DNA of 64,000 nt from an uncultured Solirubrobacterales bacterium. GTDB taxonomy: Bacteria; Actinomycetota; Thermoleophilia; Solirubrobacterales; Solirubrobacteraceae. This document shows, piece after piece, positions 43,545 through 54,035 of the stretch (the first letter of the stretch is position 1; each line of letters begins with the position of its first letter). Position numbers and translations under genes: made by a program. The DNA is taken from the NCBI GenBank assembly GCA_963764325.1, contig CAVXSE010000001.1, positions 644,236-708,235 of the forward strand, written 5' to 3'. Under the pieces are notes generated by a model. That model searched no databases. It had not been told where the DNA came from and saw only the letters and a program-made list of their open reading frames with translations.

Positions 43545-44114
43545 GTCGCGACGACGGCGCGCCGATTCGGCGTGCTCGCCCTGCAGGGCGGCTTCGAGGC
43601 CCACGAGAAGATGCTCGCCGGCGTCGGCGCCGCCACGCGCGAGGTGCGCGTCGCCGCGCGACCTCGACGGCGCTCGACGCGCTCGTGATCCCCGGCGGCG
43701 AGTCGACGACGATGACGCTCGGCATCGAGCGCGAGGGGCTCGGCCGCAGCCGATGCGCGAGCTGGCGGCCGCGGCGACGCCGATGCTCGGCACCTGCGCG
43801 GGGCTGATCATGCTCGACCGCGACACCTCGGGCTGATGGACATCACGCGCGCAGCGCAACGCCTTCGGCCGCCAGCTGCACTCCTTCGAGGACGACCTCG
43901 ACGTGCGCGGGCCTCGGGCCGGCGCCGCTGCGCGCGATCTTCATCCGCGCGCCGTGGATCGAGCGAGCCGGAGCCGCAGGTCGAGATCCTCGCGGCCGTC
44001 GACGGGCACCCCGTCGCGGCGCGGCAGGGCGAGATCTACGCCGTCGCATTCCACGCCGAGCTCGGCGAGGACACGCGCCTTCACGCCGCGTTCGCCGCCC
44101 GCGTCGTCTCCTAG
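43545..44114 (+). CDS. pdxT: PLP synthase glutaminase subunit (frameshifts; start approximate)
   Basis: GVLALQG, PGGESTT, GTCAGLI, RNAFGRQ, FIRAP, FHAE. Confidence 0.92.
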
Positions 44115-44137
44115 CGCCGTCCCGGCGAGCAGCGCGC

Positions 44138-45134
44138 CTAGGCCGGCTCGTACGTCGCGACGCCGTCCTCCTCGCGCTCGGCGATCGCGCCTTCGCGCAG
44201 CAGGACGTCGGCGTGCCCCACGACCTCGCTGATCGTCAGATAGGACTGCGTCACCGCGATGTTTCCCCATAGCTCGAGCGCGATCTCGTGCGCGGTACGC
44301 GGGCCGCTCGCCGATCAGCTTGCCGATCTTGCGCGCGCGGCGCTCGTGCATCCGCAGGCGTTCGTCGATCAGGGCGCGGTGGTCGTAGAACGGGTCGCCG
44401 TGGCCCGGCAGGACGAGCGCCACGTCGAGCTCGCGCGTTCGCGCCATCGAGTCCATGTAGACGATCAGCGACCGCGGACGCTCGGCGTCGGCCTGCTCCG
44501 GGAGCGCCTTCGCGATCACCGGGTTTGAGGAGATGTGCGCAAGCAGGTGGTCGGCGGCGAAGAGCATCGCCCGCTCACGGTCAAGGAGCAGTGTGTCGGA
44601 CGGGCTGTGGCCGGGGGCGTGGAAGACCTCGAGCGTGCGGCCCGCGAGCTCGATGCGCGAGCCGGCCGCGAGCGGCTCGTCGATCGCCACGGGCTGGCCC
44701 CAGCGGCGGAAGGCCGGCAGCACGGCACGCAAACCGTCGATCGTCTCCTGTGGCAGGCCGTGTCGCGCCATGACCTGCTGGGCGAAATCTTCTTCGGATT
44801 CGCTGAAGCGCTCGTAGTCGCCGAGCACCGGCACGAGCAGGTCGAGCGCCGCGACGCGGGCGCCGGAGCGCTCGGCGAGGCTCGCGGCGAGACCGAAGTG
44901 GTCCATGTGCTGGTGGCTGATGACGAGCAGCTCGAGGTCCTCGACGGCGTAGCCGAGCTCCGCCAGACCCCGCTCGAGCTCCGCGAGCGAGCGCTCGGAG
45001 TGGGGCCCCGAGTCGACGAGCGTCAGCGGTTCGTCCTCGATCAGGTAGGCGTTCACGCGGCCGACCTGGAACGGCGTCGGCACCGCGATGCGATGCACGC
45101 CGGCCGCTCTGGCCTCTTCCAGCGGATCGCTCAC
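44138..45134 (-). CDS. MBL-fold metallo-hydrolase (frameshift near 44290)
   Basis: VNAYL, SHQHMDH, PGHS, ADHLL, PGHG. Confidence 0.88.
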
Positions 45135-46522
45135 GAGCGGATCAGTGCGAGCACCTCGTCGCGCCGGCGCTCCATGTCCTCACGCGAGACGAGCGACTCA
45201 AGGCACAGGCGCAGCAGCGGCTCGGTGTTCGAGGGGCGGACGTTGAAGTGCCACTCCGGGTAGTCGACCGAGACGCCGTCGAGCCAGCTCAGCTGCGCGT
45301 CGTCGTAGACCTCCGCGAGCTCGTCGATCTTGGCCTGCTGGTCGGCGACCTCGGAGTTGATCTCGCCCGAGATGAAGTAGCGCTCGCGGTACGGCGCGAG
45401 GAGCTCTGAGAGCCTGACGCCGCGCCGGCACAGGAGCTCGAGCATCAGCAGCGCGGGCAGGGTGCCGGAGTCGGCGCAGTAGAAGTCACGGAAGTAGTAG
45501 TGGCCCGAGACCTCGCCGCCGAAGAGCGAGCCCTCCTCGCGCATGCGGGTCTTGAAGAAGGCGTGGCCGACGCGGTTGACGTGGGGGTGACCGCCCGCCG
45601 CGATCACGACATCGGCTACGGCGCGCGACGCGCGCACGTCGTAAAGGATGTCGGCGCCCGCGTTCTCCGGCCGTTCGAGCAGGGCGCCCGCCAGGAGCGC
45701 CGTCATGAAGTCGCCGTCCACGAACTCGCCGTCCTCGTCGATGAAGAAGCAGCGGTCGGCGTCGCCGTCCCAGGCGATGCCGAGGTCGGCGCCGAAGGAG
45801 CGGACGTTCTCGACGATCACACGGCGGTTCTCCTCCAGCAGCGGGTTCGGCTCGTGGTCGGGGAAGCTCCCGTCGGGTGTCCAATACGTCTCGAGCAGCT
45901 CGAGACCGAGCCCCTCCAAGAGCGGTCCGACCATCGGCCCGGCCATACCGCTGCCGCCGTCGACGACGACGCGCGGAGGCCGCGTCGCGTCGCTGATGAC
46001 GGCCGGATCGATGAACGACAGCGCGCTGCGCTGGAAGTCCTCGTAGACATCGACCTCGCTCAGCTCGCCCGGGCTTCCGGCCGCGGGCTCGTCCGCTTCG
46101 GCGAGTTCGCGGACCCGTTCGATGCCGCTGTCGCCGGAGAGCGCAAGCGCTCCCTCGCGCACGAGCTTGGCGCCGGTGTAGGGCTTTGGATTGTGCGAGG
46201 CGGTGCACATCAGACCGCCGTCCAGACCCCGCGATCCGACGAGGAAATAGAGCATCTCGGTGCCGACCTCGCCGGCGTCGATCACGCTCGCGCCGCTGCT
46301 GAGCATGCCGTCGCGGTAGCGCGCCGCGAGCTCGGGCGCCGTGAGGCGCATGTCCCGTCCGAGGCCGATCGTGAGGTCCCCGACGGCGTGCCCTGAAAGC
46401 TCCGCCAGGACCCGCGCGAAGGCGCGGCCGACGCGCTCGGCGAGCTCGCCATCGATCTCCTGGCCGTAGAGCCCTCTCACGTCGTAGGCCTTGAAAACGG
46501 CCGCCGGGAAGCTCTCGCTCAT
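45131..46522 (-). CDS. Phosphomannomutase/phosphoglucomutase
   Basis: FKAYDVRG, TASHNP, DGDADR, GEVSGH, RPSNTEP. Confidence 0.95.
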   Translation of the reverse strand: MSESFPAAVFKAYDVRGLYGQEIDGELAERVGRAFARVLAELSGHAVGDLTIGLGRDMRLTAPELAARYRDGMLSSGASVIDAGEVGTEMLYFLVGSRGLDGGLMCTASHNPKPYTGAKLVREGALALSGDSGIERVRELAEADEPAAGSPGELSEVDVYEDFQRSALSFIDPAVISDATRPPRVVVDGGSGMAGPMVGPLLEGLGLELLETYWTPDGSFPDHEPNPLLEENRRVIVENVRSFGADLGIAWDGDADRCFFIDEDGEFVDGDFMTALLAGALLERPENAGADILYDVRASRAVADVVIAAGGHPHVNRVGHAFFKTRMREEGSLFGGEVSGHYYFRDFYCADSGTLPALLMLELLCRRGVRLSELLAPYRERYFISGEINSEVADQQAKIDELAEVYDDAQLSWLDGVSVDYPEWHFNVRPSNTEPLLRLCLESLVSREDMERRRDEVLALIRS

Positions 46523-46580
46523 CGCGGCAATCCTATGTCGCCGCGCCGCTTCGTCGGCGACGGCCTAGACTCAGGACGCC

Positions 46581-47330
46581 ATGTCGGGCCATTCGAAGTG
46601 GTCGAGCATCAAGCACAAGAAGGCCGTCGTTGACTCGCGCCGCGGCGCGGCGTTCTCCAAGCTGACGCGTGCGATCACAGTCGCCGCGCGCGAAGGGGGA
46701 GGCGACCCGGACGGCAACGCGGCGCTCGAGACCGCGATCCGCAAGGCGCGCGAGGCGTCGATGCCCAAGGACAACATCGAACGCGCGATCGTTCGCGGCA
46801 CGGGGGAGGGCGGCGACGCGGACGCGCTCGAGACCGTCGTCTACGAGGGCTACGGCCCGGGCGGCGTGGCCGTGCTGGTGGAGGCCGTCACCGAGAACCG
46901 AAACCGGACCGGCGCGGACGTGCGGCACATCTTCTCCAAGAGCGGCGGCAGCCTCGGCGAGCCCGGCTCGGTGGCCTACCTCTTCGACAAGAAGGGCGTG
47001 ATCCTCGTCGACGGCGAGCGCTACGACGAAGACGACCTGCTGGCCGCGGTCGAGGCCGGAGCGGAAGACATCAACGCCGACGAGGGCGTCGTCGAAGTGG
47101 TCAGCGAACCGGGCGATCTGCGACAGGTTCGTGGCGCGCTTGAAGAGGCCGGCGTCGAGATGCAGAGCGCCGAGATGGTGTGGCGTGCGTCGAGTCTCGT
47201 ACCCGTCGAGGAACGCGACGCCAAGCGGCTGATGACGCTGATCGACATGCTCGAGGAGAACGACGACGTGAACGCCGTGCACGCGAACTTCGATATCGCA
47301 ACCGACGTGCTCGAGCGCGTCGCCGGCTAG
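46581..47330 (+). CDS. yebC: YebC/PmpR family protein
   Basis: MSGHSKWSSIKHKK, YEGYGPGG. Confidence 0.96.
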   Translation: MSGHSKWSSIKHKKAVVDSRRGAAFSKLTRAITVAAREGGGDPDGNAALETAIRKAREASMPKDNIERAIVRGTGEGGDADALETVVYEGYGPGGVAVLVEAVTENRNRTGADVRHIFSKSGGSLGEPGSVAYLFDKKGVILVDGERYDEDDLLAAVEAGAEDINADEGVVEVVSEPGDLRQVRGALEEAGVEMQSAEMVWRASSLVPVEERDAKRLMTLIDMLEENDDVNAVHANFDIATDVLERVAG

Positions 47331-47333
47331 TCG

Positions 47334-48071
47334 TTGGCGCCATCGACGCCGGTAGTGATCCTCTGCGGCGGCAGGGGAACGCGCCTGAAGGAGCACGCCC
47401 GCGAGCTGCCGAAGGCGCTCGTCGACGTCGGCGGACGACCGATCGTCGAGCACGTCATCGACCTCTACCTCGCCCAGGGATTCACGCGCATCCTGCTCGC
47501 CGCCGGCTACCGCGGCGAGATGCTCGCCGAGTACGTCGCGGACCGCGCGTGGCCCGACGGCGCGAGCGTGCGCTGCATCGACACGGGGCCGCAGACGGAG
47601 ACCGGTGGCCGGGTGCTCGCGCTCGCCGCCGAGCTCGACGGCTGCGGTCGCTTCTGCCTGACGTACGCCGACGGTCTGGCCGACATCGACCTGCGGGGTC
47701 TGCTGTCCTTCCACGACGCTCACGGCGCGCTGGCGACGATCACCGTCGTGCGCCCGGACCTGCAGTTCGGCGTCGCCGAGCTGGACGACGAGGACCGCGT
47801 CCGCGGATTCGTCGAGAAGCCGCGCGCCGAGCAGTGGATCAACGGCGGCTTCATGTGCCTCCAGGAGGACGTCCTCGACCGCCTCCAGGAGGACTCCGTG
47901 CTGGAGCGCGAGCCGCTAGCGGGCCTCGCCGCCGACGGCGAGCTGCACGCCTACCGCCACGAGGGGTTCTGGCGCTGCATGGACACCTACAAGGACGCCG
48001 TGGCACTCAACGACATGTGCCAGCAGGGCAATCCGCCGTGGCTCGCGGCCGGCGCGCGCGCCGTCGGCTAG
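47334..48071 (+). CDS. Sugar-phosphate nucleotidyltransferase (glucose-1-P cytidylyltransferase-like)
   Basis: LCGGRGTRL, PK, TGGR, FVEKP, WINGG, FWRCMDT. Confidence 0.88.
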   Translation: MAPSTPVVILCGGRGTRLKEHARELPKALVDVGGRPIVEHVIDLYLAQGFTRILLAAGYRGEMLAEYVADRAWPDGASVRCIDTGPQTETGGRVLALAAELDGCGRFCLTYADGLADIDLRGLLSFHDAHGALATITVVRPDLQFGVAELDDEDRVRGFVEKPRAEQWINGGFMCLQEDVLDRLQEDSVLEREPLAGLAADGELHAYRHEGFWRCMDTYKDAVALNDMCQQGNPPWLAAGARAVG

Positions 48072-48111
48072 CCCGGGCAGGCGTCCGGGGACGGGCGCAG
48101 AATCACGCTGC

Positions 48112-48612
48112 ATGATCGTCCTCGGCATCGACCCCGGCCTGGCCGCGACGGGCTACGGCGTCGTGGGGCGCGCCGGCGGGCGGCTGCTGGCGCTCGACGG
48201 CGGCGTCGTGAAGACGCCGGCGGCGCTCTCGCACGCCGAGCGCCTGCGCGTCGTGTACGACGCGGCGTGCGCGCTGCTCGACGAGCACCGCCCGGACGCG
48301 ATGGCGCTCGAGGAGCTCTACTTCGGCCGCAACGTGACGAGCGCGCAGCCCGTCGCCCAGGCGCGCGGCGTCGTGCTGCTCGCGGCCGCGCAGCGCGACG
48401 TGCCGTGCGAGGGCTACACGCCGCAGCAGGTCAAGTCCGCCGTCTGCGGCAGCGGCCGCGCCGACAAGGAGCAGGTCGCCCGGATGGTCACCGCGCTGCT
48501 CGCGCTGAGCGCACAGCCCTTCAGCGACCACGCGACCGACGCTCTCGCGGTCGCCGTCTGCCACGTCAACCGGGCGCCGGTCTCCGCCGCGCTCGCCGAG
48601 GCGCTCGCGTGA
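48112..48612 (+). CDS. ruvC: Holliday junction resolvase
   Basis: LGIDPG, QARGV, GRADKEQV, DALAVA. Confidence 0.95.
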   Translation: MIVLGIDPGLAATGYGVVGRAGGRLLALDGGVVKTPAALSHAERLRVVYDAACALLDEHRPDAMALEELYFGRNVTSAQPVAQARGVVLLAAAQRDVPCEGYTPQQVKSAVCGSGRADKEQVARMVTALLALSAQPFSDHATDALAVAVCHVNRAPVSAALAEALA

Positions 48613-49196
48613 TCGCATCGCTCTCGGGCGAGCTCGTAGCGCGCGGCCAGGACTACGTCGTCATCGACTGCGGCGGCGTCGGCTACCGCGCCGCGGTGTC
48701 CGGCGAGACGCTGCGCTCGCTCGGACCGCCCGGTGCCCGCGTGCGGCTGCACACGCAGCTCTTTGCCCGCGATGACTCGCTGAGCCTCTACGGCTTCTGC
48801 AGCGAGAGTGAACGCGACCTGTTCATGCTGCTGCTCGGCGTGCAGGCTGTCGGCCCGAAGGTCGCGCTCGCGGTCCTCACGGCGCTGCCCGCGCCGCAGC
48901 TCGCGGGCGCGCTCGCGGCCGGTGACGGTGAGCTGCTGCGCACCGTTCCGGGGATCGGCAAGCGGACCGCCGAACGGATCGTCGTCGAGCTGCACGAGAA
49001 GGTCGCCGGCGGCGCCGGGATCGACGTTGCACCGGGCGCCGTCAATGGCGACGGCGCGCGTTCGCTGGCCCGCGAGGGGCTCGTCGAGCTCGGCTATAGC
49101 GTGGCCGAAGCCGAGCGGCTGCTCGCGGGCGTCGACGGCGACGAGGCCGCCGACCTCATCGGCGGCGCGCTGAAAGCGGCAAGGATCGGCCCGTGA
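48609..49196 (+). CDS. ruvA: Holliday junction DNA-binding protein
   Basis: GVGY, LYGF, VGPK, PGIGKRTAERI. Confidence 0.95.
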   Translation: MIASLSGELVARGQDYVVIDCGGVGYRAAVSGETLRSLGPPGARVRLHTQLFARDDSLSLYGFCSESERDLFMLLLGVQAVGPKVALAVLTALPAPQLAGALAAGDGELLRTVPGIGKRTAERIVVELHEKVAGGAGIDVAPGAVNGDGARSLAREGLVELGYSVAEAERLLAGVDGDEAADLIGGALKAARIGP

Positions 49197-50209
49197 ACGG
49201 CGAGGGCGAACGAATCCAGACGCCCTACCTGTCACCGGAGGACGAGCTCGACCGCTCGCTGAGACCGCGCCGGCTGGCCGAATTCGTCGGCCAGGGGCCG
49301 GTGCGCAGCCAGCTCTCGTTGGCCATCGAGGCCGCGGCCGCGCGCGGCGAAGCGCTCGACCACGTGCTGCTCGCCGGGCCGCCGGGGCTCGGCAAGACGT
49401 CGCTCGGCCAGATCATCGCGGCCGAGCTCGACGTTCCGTTCATCGCGACGGCCGGACCGGCGCTGGAGCGCAAGGGCGACGTCGCGGCCTTCCTGACGGC
49501 GCTCGAGCCGCGCAGCGTCTTCTTCGTCGACGAGCTGCACCGACTGCCGCGAGCCCTGGAGGAGACGTTCTATCCGGCGATGGAGGACCTGCGGCTGCCG
49601 ATCACGGTCGGCCAGGGTGCCGGCGCCCGCGTCGTCACGCTCGAGCTGCCGCCGTTCACGCTGGTCGGCGCGACGACACGGACGGGACTGTTGACCACGC
49701 CGCTACGCGAGCGCTTCGGCATCCAGGCTCGCCTCGAGCCGTACGCGCCCGACGAGCTCGCGGCGATCGTGGAACGCTCCGCCGGGATCCTTGGCGTCGA
49801 GCTAGACGGTGACGGCGCGCTCGCGATCGCGCGGCGAAGCCGCGGCACCCCGCGCGTCGCGAACCGCCTCCTGCGTCGCGTTCGCGACTACGCCGAGGTG
49901 CGCGTCCGCGGCCCGATCACCGCCGACGCCGCAGGTGAGGCGCTGGCCCTCCTGGAGGTCGACGAGCTCGGCCTGGACCGGCTGGATAGGGAGATTCTCA
50001 CGACGATCTGCGTCAAGTTCGCGGGCGGCCCCGTGGGCCTCTCGACGCTCTCGGCGGCGATCGGCGAGGAGGCCGAAACGCTGCAAGACATTTACGAGCC
50101 GTATCTGCTGAAGGAGGGGCTCATCCAGCGGACCGCGCGGGGACGCGTCGCGACCCCCGGCGCCTTCGCGCACCTCGGCCTTCTCGCGCCCGCGGCGCCG
50201 CTCTTCTGA
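49193..50209 (+). CDS. ruvB: Holliday junction helicase
   Basis: GPPGLGKT, GATTR, RGTPRVANRLL, YEPYL. Confidence 0.96.
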   Translation: MNGEGERIQTPYLSPEDELDRSLRPRRLAEFVGQGPVRSQLSLAIEAAAARGEALDHVLLAGPPGLGKTSLGQIIAAELDVPFIATAGPALERKGDVAAFLTALEPRSVFFVDELHRLPRALEETFYPAMEDLRLPITVGQGAGARVVTLELPPFTLVGATTRTGLLTTPLRERFGIQARLEPYAPDELAAIVERSAGILGVELDGDGALAIARRSRGTPRVANRLLRRVRDYAEVRVRGPITADAAGEALALLEVDELGLDRLDREILTTICVKFAGGPVGLSTLSAAIGEEAETLQDIYEPYLLKEGLIQRTARGRVATPGAFAHLGLLAPAAPLF

Positions 50210-50256
50210 GGTTGGGCGCCGGGGCCCCCTCACCTCTTTCGTAGTCTTAGTCGGGC

Positions 50257-50712
50257 ATGGCACACCCGTTCATCTGCCCCAACTGCGGCCACCGCACGGC
50301 GGAGCTCGACGGTCATCTCGGTTTCACGCGCGAGCGCAAGGGCTGTTCCAAGTGCGGTTTCGCATTTCTCTTTGAGCTGCTCGACGACTACTACCCGGCC
50401 CCCGACGCAGCGTTCTTCGTCTGCGATCGCGAGGGGCGCGTCATCGGCTGCGGCCGCAACTCCTTCTCCTTCACCGGCGTCGAGGAGCCCGACGCGATGG
50501 GCCGGCCCGTCGAGGAGATTCTGGGGCTCGCTTTCGTCAGCGAAGACGACCCCGTGGAACGCGTCCTGGAGTGGGGAGTGCGGGCGCTCGAAGTCCCCGT
50601 GACGGTCAACGGCAGGCGCGATCAGCCCGCAAAGGCCAGCGCCGACATCTTCCCCGCCTATGACGAGGAAGGCGAGGGCGGACTGCTTCTCATCCTCACG
50701 CCCGACAAGTAG
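50257..50712 (+). CDS. Zn-ribbon + PAS-like domain protein
   Basis: CPNC...CSKC, then FFVCDREGRVI...TG...MGRPV PAS pattern. Confidence 0.7.
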   Translation: MAHPFICPNCGHRTAELDGHLGFTRERKGCSKCGFAFLFELLDDYYPAPDAAFFVCDREGRVIGCGRNSFSFTGVEEPDAMGRPVEEILGLAFVSEDDPVERVLEWGVRALEVPVTVNGRRDQPAKASADIFPAYDEEGEGGLLLILTPDK

Positions 50713-50724
50713 GCTGGATCGCAG

Positions 50725-53697
50725 ATGAACGATCGCCGTCGCAACGTGTTCGTGCTGCTGCTCGTGTTGGGTCTGTTGGCCGCTTCGCTGGTCGTGATCA
50801 TCACGATGCCGACCAAGCTCGGCCTCGATCTTAAGGGCGGCGTCCAGCTCGTCTACCAGGCCAAGCCGACCGCGCAGGCCAAAGTCGACAGCGAATCGAT
50901 CAGCCGGTCGATCGAAATCATGCGTAAACGCGTCGACCAGCTCGGCGTCGCCGAGCCGGAAATCCAGCAGACCGGTGAACGCGAAATCTCGGTCGCCCTG
51001 CCCGATGTGAGCAGCGCCGAGCGCGCTCAGAACGAGGTCGGAAAGACGGCCCAGCTGTACTTCTACGACTGGGAGCCGAACGTCATCGGCCCGAACGGCA
51101 CGCCGGAACCGACCAACGCCGCGGTGACCGGCGGCACAAATGCGGGTTCCGCCGCGAGCGGAATATCGGAGTACCAGGCCGTCGAGCGGGGGCTGAAACG
51201 GGCCCCGATGCTGCGCTACAAATCGACGACTTGGACGCCGGGCTGCACGCCGGAACAGAAGGACGGCTGCCTCTACGGGAGCTGGTACCTGATCGAACCG
51301 AAGCACGAACGCGTCCTCTGCCCGGGCAAGGAAAAGATCTGCCAGGCCGGGGAAACCAAGGAAGCGCTGTACGCCGACGGCTTCAAACCGCCGAAGGGCG
51401 CGGTCACCAAGGCCGTGCGCGTGAACCCCGGGACGGTCCTCGTCCAGGCCCGGGCCGTCGAAAATGCGGAAGGCAAGAAGATCGAGGAATCACCGAACAA
51501 GTGGTACGTACTGAACGACAAGTACGTCCTCGACGGCTCGAACGTCACGAACCCGGTGCAGGGCTTCGACGAAGGCACCGGCGGCAACGGCTCGCCGAAC
51601 GTGAACTTCGGATTCACCGGACGCCGGCAAGGAAGTCTTCGAACGCGTCACGAAGGAAATCGCGCACCGCGGCCAGGAAGCGCAGCTGCCCGGCGTGAGC
51701 AAGGAAGCCGCCGAGCAGCACTTCGCGATCGTCCTCGACGGGCAGCTCATAACGGTCCCCTCGATCGACTTCACGCAGTACCCCGAAGGCATCGACGCCT
51801 CCACCGGCTCGGAGATCTCCGGCGGCTTCACGCTCACGAGCGCACAGGAACTGGCCTCCGAGCTCCAGTCCGGCGCGCTGCCGATCCGACTGGACCTGAT
51901 CTCGCGCTCCCAGGTCTCGGCGACGCTCGGCAAACAGGCCCTGCAGCAGGCGCTCGTCGCGCTGCTCGTCGGCTTCGTCGTGGTCTGCCTCTTCCTGCTC
52001 ACCTTCTACCGCGTGCTCGGCGTGATCGCGGTCGGTGGCCTCCTGATCTACGGCATCTACTTCTTCGCGCTGATCAAGCTGATCCCGATCACGATGACGC
52101 TGCCGGGGATCGCGGGCCTGGTCCTCACGATCGGTGTCGCGGCGGACGCCAACATCGTGATCTTCGAGCGCGTTAAGGAGGAGATACGCAGCGGCAGATC
52201 CGTGGTCGCGGGGATCGCGACCGGTTACCGCAAGGGTTTCGCGGCGATCGTCGACGCGAACGTCGTGACGTTCATGACGGCCTTCATCCTCTTCGCGCTC
52301 GCGACCGCCGAAGTGAAGGGCTTCGCGTTCACGCTCGGCATCGGCATGCTCGTCTCGCTGTTCACCGCCGTGCTCGCGACGCAGGCCGCGCTCGGCGTGA
52401 TGAGCACCACCGGCGTCGTCACCCATCCGCGCGCGCTCGGCGCCGAGAAACAGGCAAAACGCTGGACGTTCGACTTCATGGGCCGCTCGAAGTGGTTCTT
52501 CTCGCTTTCCGGCACGATTCTGCTGATCGGAGCGCTCGCGATCGGCGCACGGGGGATCAACCTCGGCATCGACTTCAAGGCCGGAACGCGCATCCAGACC
52601 GGCTTCGAGCAGGCCGTCACGACGACCAAGATCAACGAAGAGCTCAACAAACTCGGCGTCCACGGCTCCCAGATCCAGCGGTTCTCGAACGCCAGCGTCG
52701 GCGGCGTCGGCTACCAGATCTCGACCCGCACGCTGCACCCCGAACAGCTCGAGCAAGGTCGAATCGGGCCTGCAGAGCGCGTTCGGCCTCAAACACTTCT
52801 CCGAGAAATCGATCGGGCCGACGTTCGGCCAGTCGGTGGCGAAGAGCGCGATCATCGCGATCATCGCCTCGCTGCTGGTGATCAGCGCATATATCGCGCT
52901 GCGCTTCGAGTGGAAGTACGCGGTCCCGGTGCTGATCGCGTTGATGCACGACCTCCTGATCACCGCGGGCGTTTACGCCCTGACGGGGCGGGAAGTGACG
53001 ACGGCAACAGTCGCCGCGCTGCTGAACGATCCTCGGCTATTCGCTCTACGACACGATCATCGTCTTCGACCGAGTCAGAGAGAACGTGCCACGAATGCCG
53101 CGCGCCGCGTTCTCGCAGATCGTGAACCGGTCGATGTCCGAGGTGCTGACGCGGTCATTGGCGACGAGCTTCTGCACGCTGCTGCCGGTCACGGCGCTGC
53201 TGCTCTTCGGCGGCGAAACGCTGCAGGACTTCGCGTTCGCGCTGATCGTCGGCATCGCCTCCGGCGCCTACTCCTCGATCTTCATCGCCTCGCCGGTGCT
53301 CACGCAGTCGAAGGAGCGCGAGCCGACTTACCGCGCGCGGCGTGCCCGCCTGATCGCCGAGTACGGAGCGGTGCCCGCCTACGCGCTCGGCTCCGGCGGC
53401 AAGATGGAGGACGTCGAGCCGGCAAAGCGCCCGCGGCGCACGCGGCGCGGCGGGCTCGTCGCGCCCGAGGAGGCCGGCCAGCAGATCTCAAACGAAGAGT
53501 TCCGCGAACTGGTCCGCGACCTCGACGTCGACTCCAAGCCGACGACCGCCGCCGTCGCCGAGCCGCCGCCGCCGCCGGAGCCCGAACCGGAACCGGACCC
53601 CACGGCCGACCTTCGCCCTGAGGATCTGGTGCTCAAGGACACGCCGAAAAAAGCGCCCCGCAAAGGACGCAACAAACGCCACGGAAGGCCGAGATGA
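50725..53697 (+). CDS. secDF: Protein translocase SecD-SecF, apparently fused (frameshifts near 51620, 52755, 53028)
   Basis: LGLDLKGG, GVAEP, SGALP, DANIVIFERVKEE running in-frame into GIDFKAG; YDTIIVFDR. Confidence 0.9.
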
Positions 53698-53713
53698 GAG
53701 GGAGCTCTGACTG

Positions 53714-54003
53714 ATGGGCACTGCTCGCCTGGGTAATGCTGGGACTCGCGATCTGGCACTTCACGATCTTCATTCCGGACCGCTTCTGGGGCGGCATCAT
53801 CGGCGCGCTGATCGGCGCGCTCTTGGGATCGGTCGTCTCCGGCTTCCTGATCTACGGCGTGAAAGTCTCGATCGCTCGCGATCCCCGGAGAAAAGACCAC
53901 CGACGTCGCGGTCGTTCTCTACGCCGTCCCTGGGGCGCTCCTCGGCATCGCCGCGGTGTACGCGCTCGGCGTGATGCGTGGCGAGGAGATCCAGACGGTC
54001 TGA
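53714..54003 (+). CDS. Small three-TM membrane protein (frameshifts)
   Basis: LAIWHFTIFIPDRFWGGIIGA...VLYAVPGALLG; GAGGGAG SD. Confidence 0.65.
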
Positions 54004-54035
54004 TTTTCCGTCGTCGCCGCCGGTAGGGTCGCTGG

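Noticed and set aside
50600-50724. ApdA-type arrest peptide upstream of secDF
   Set aside because: Upstream ORF has no signal peptide/TM and no RAPP-like motif
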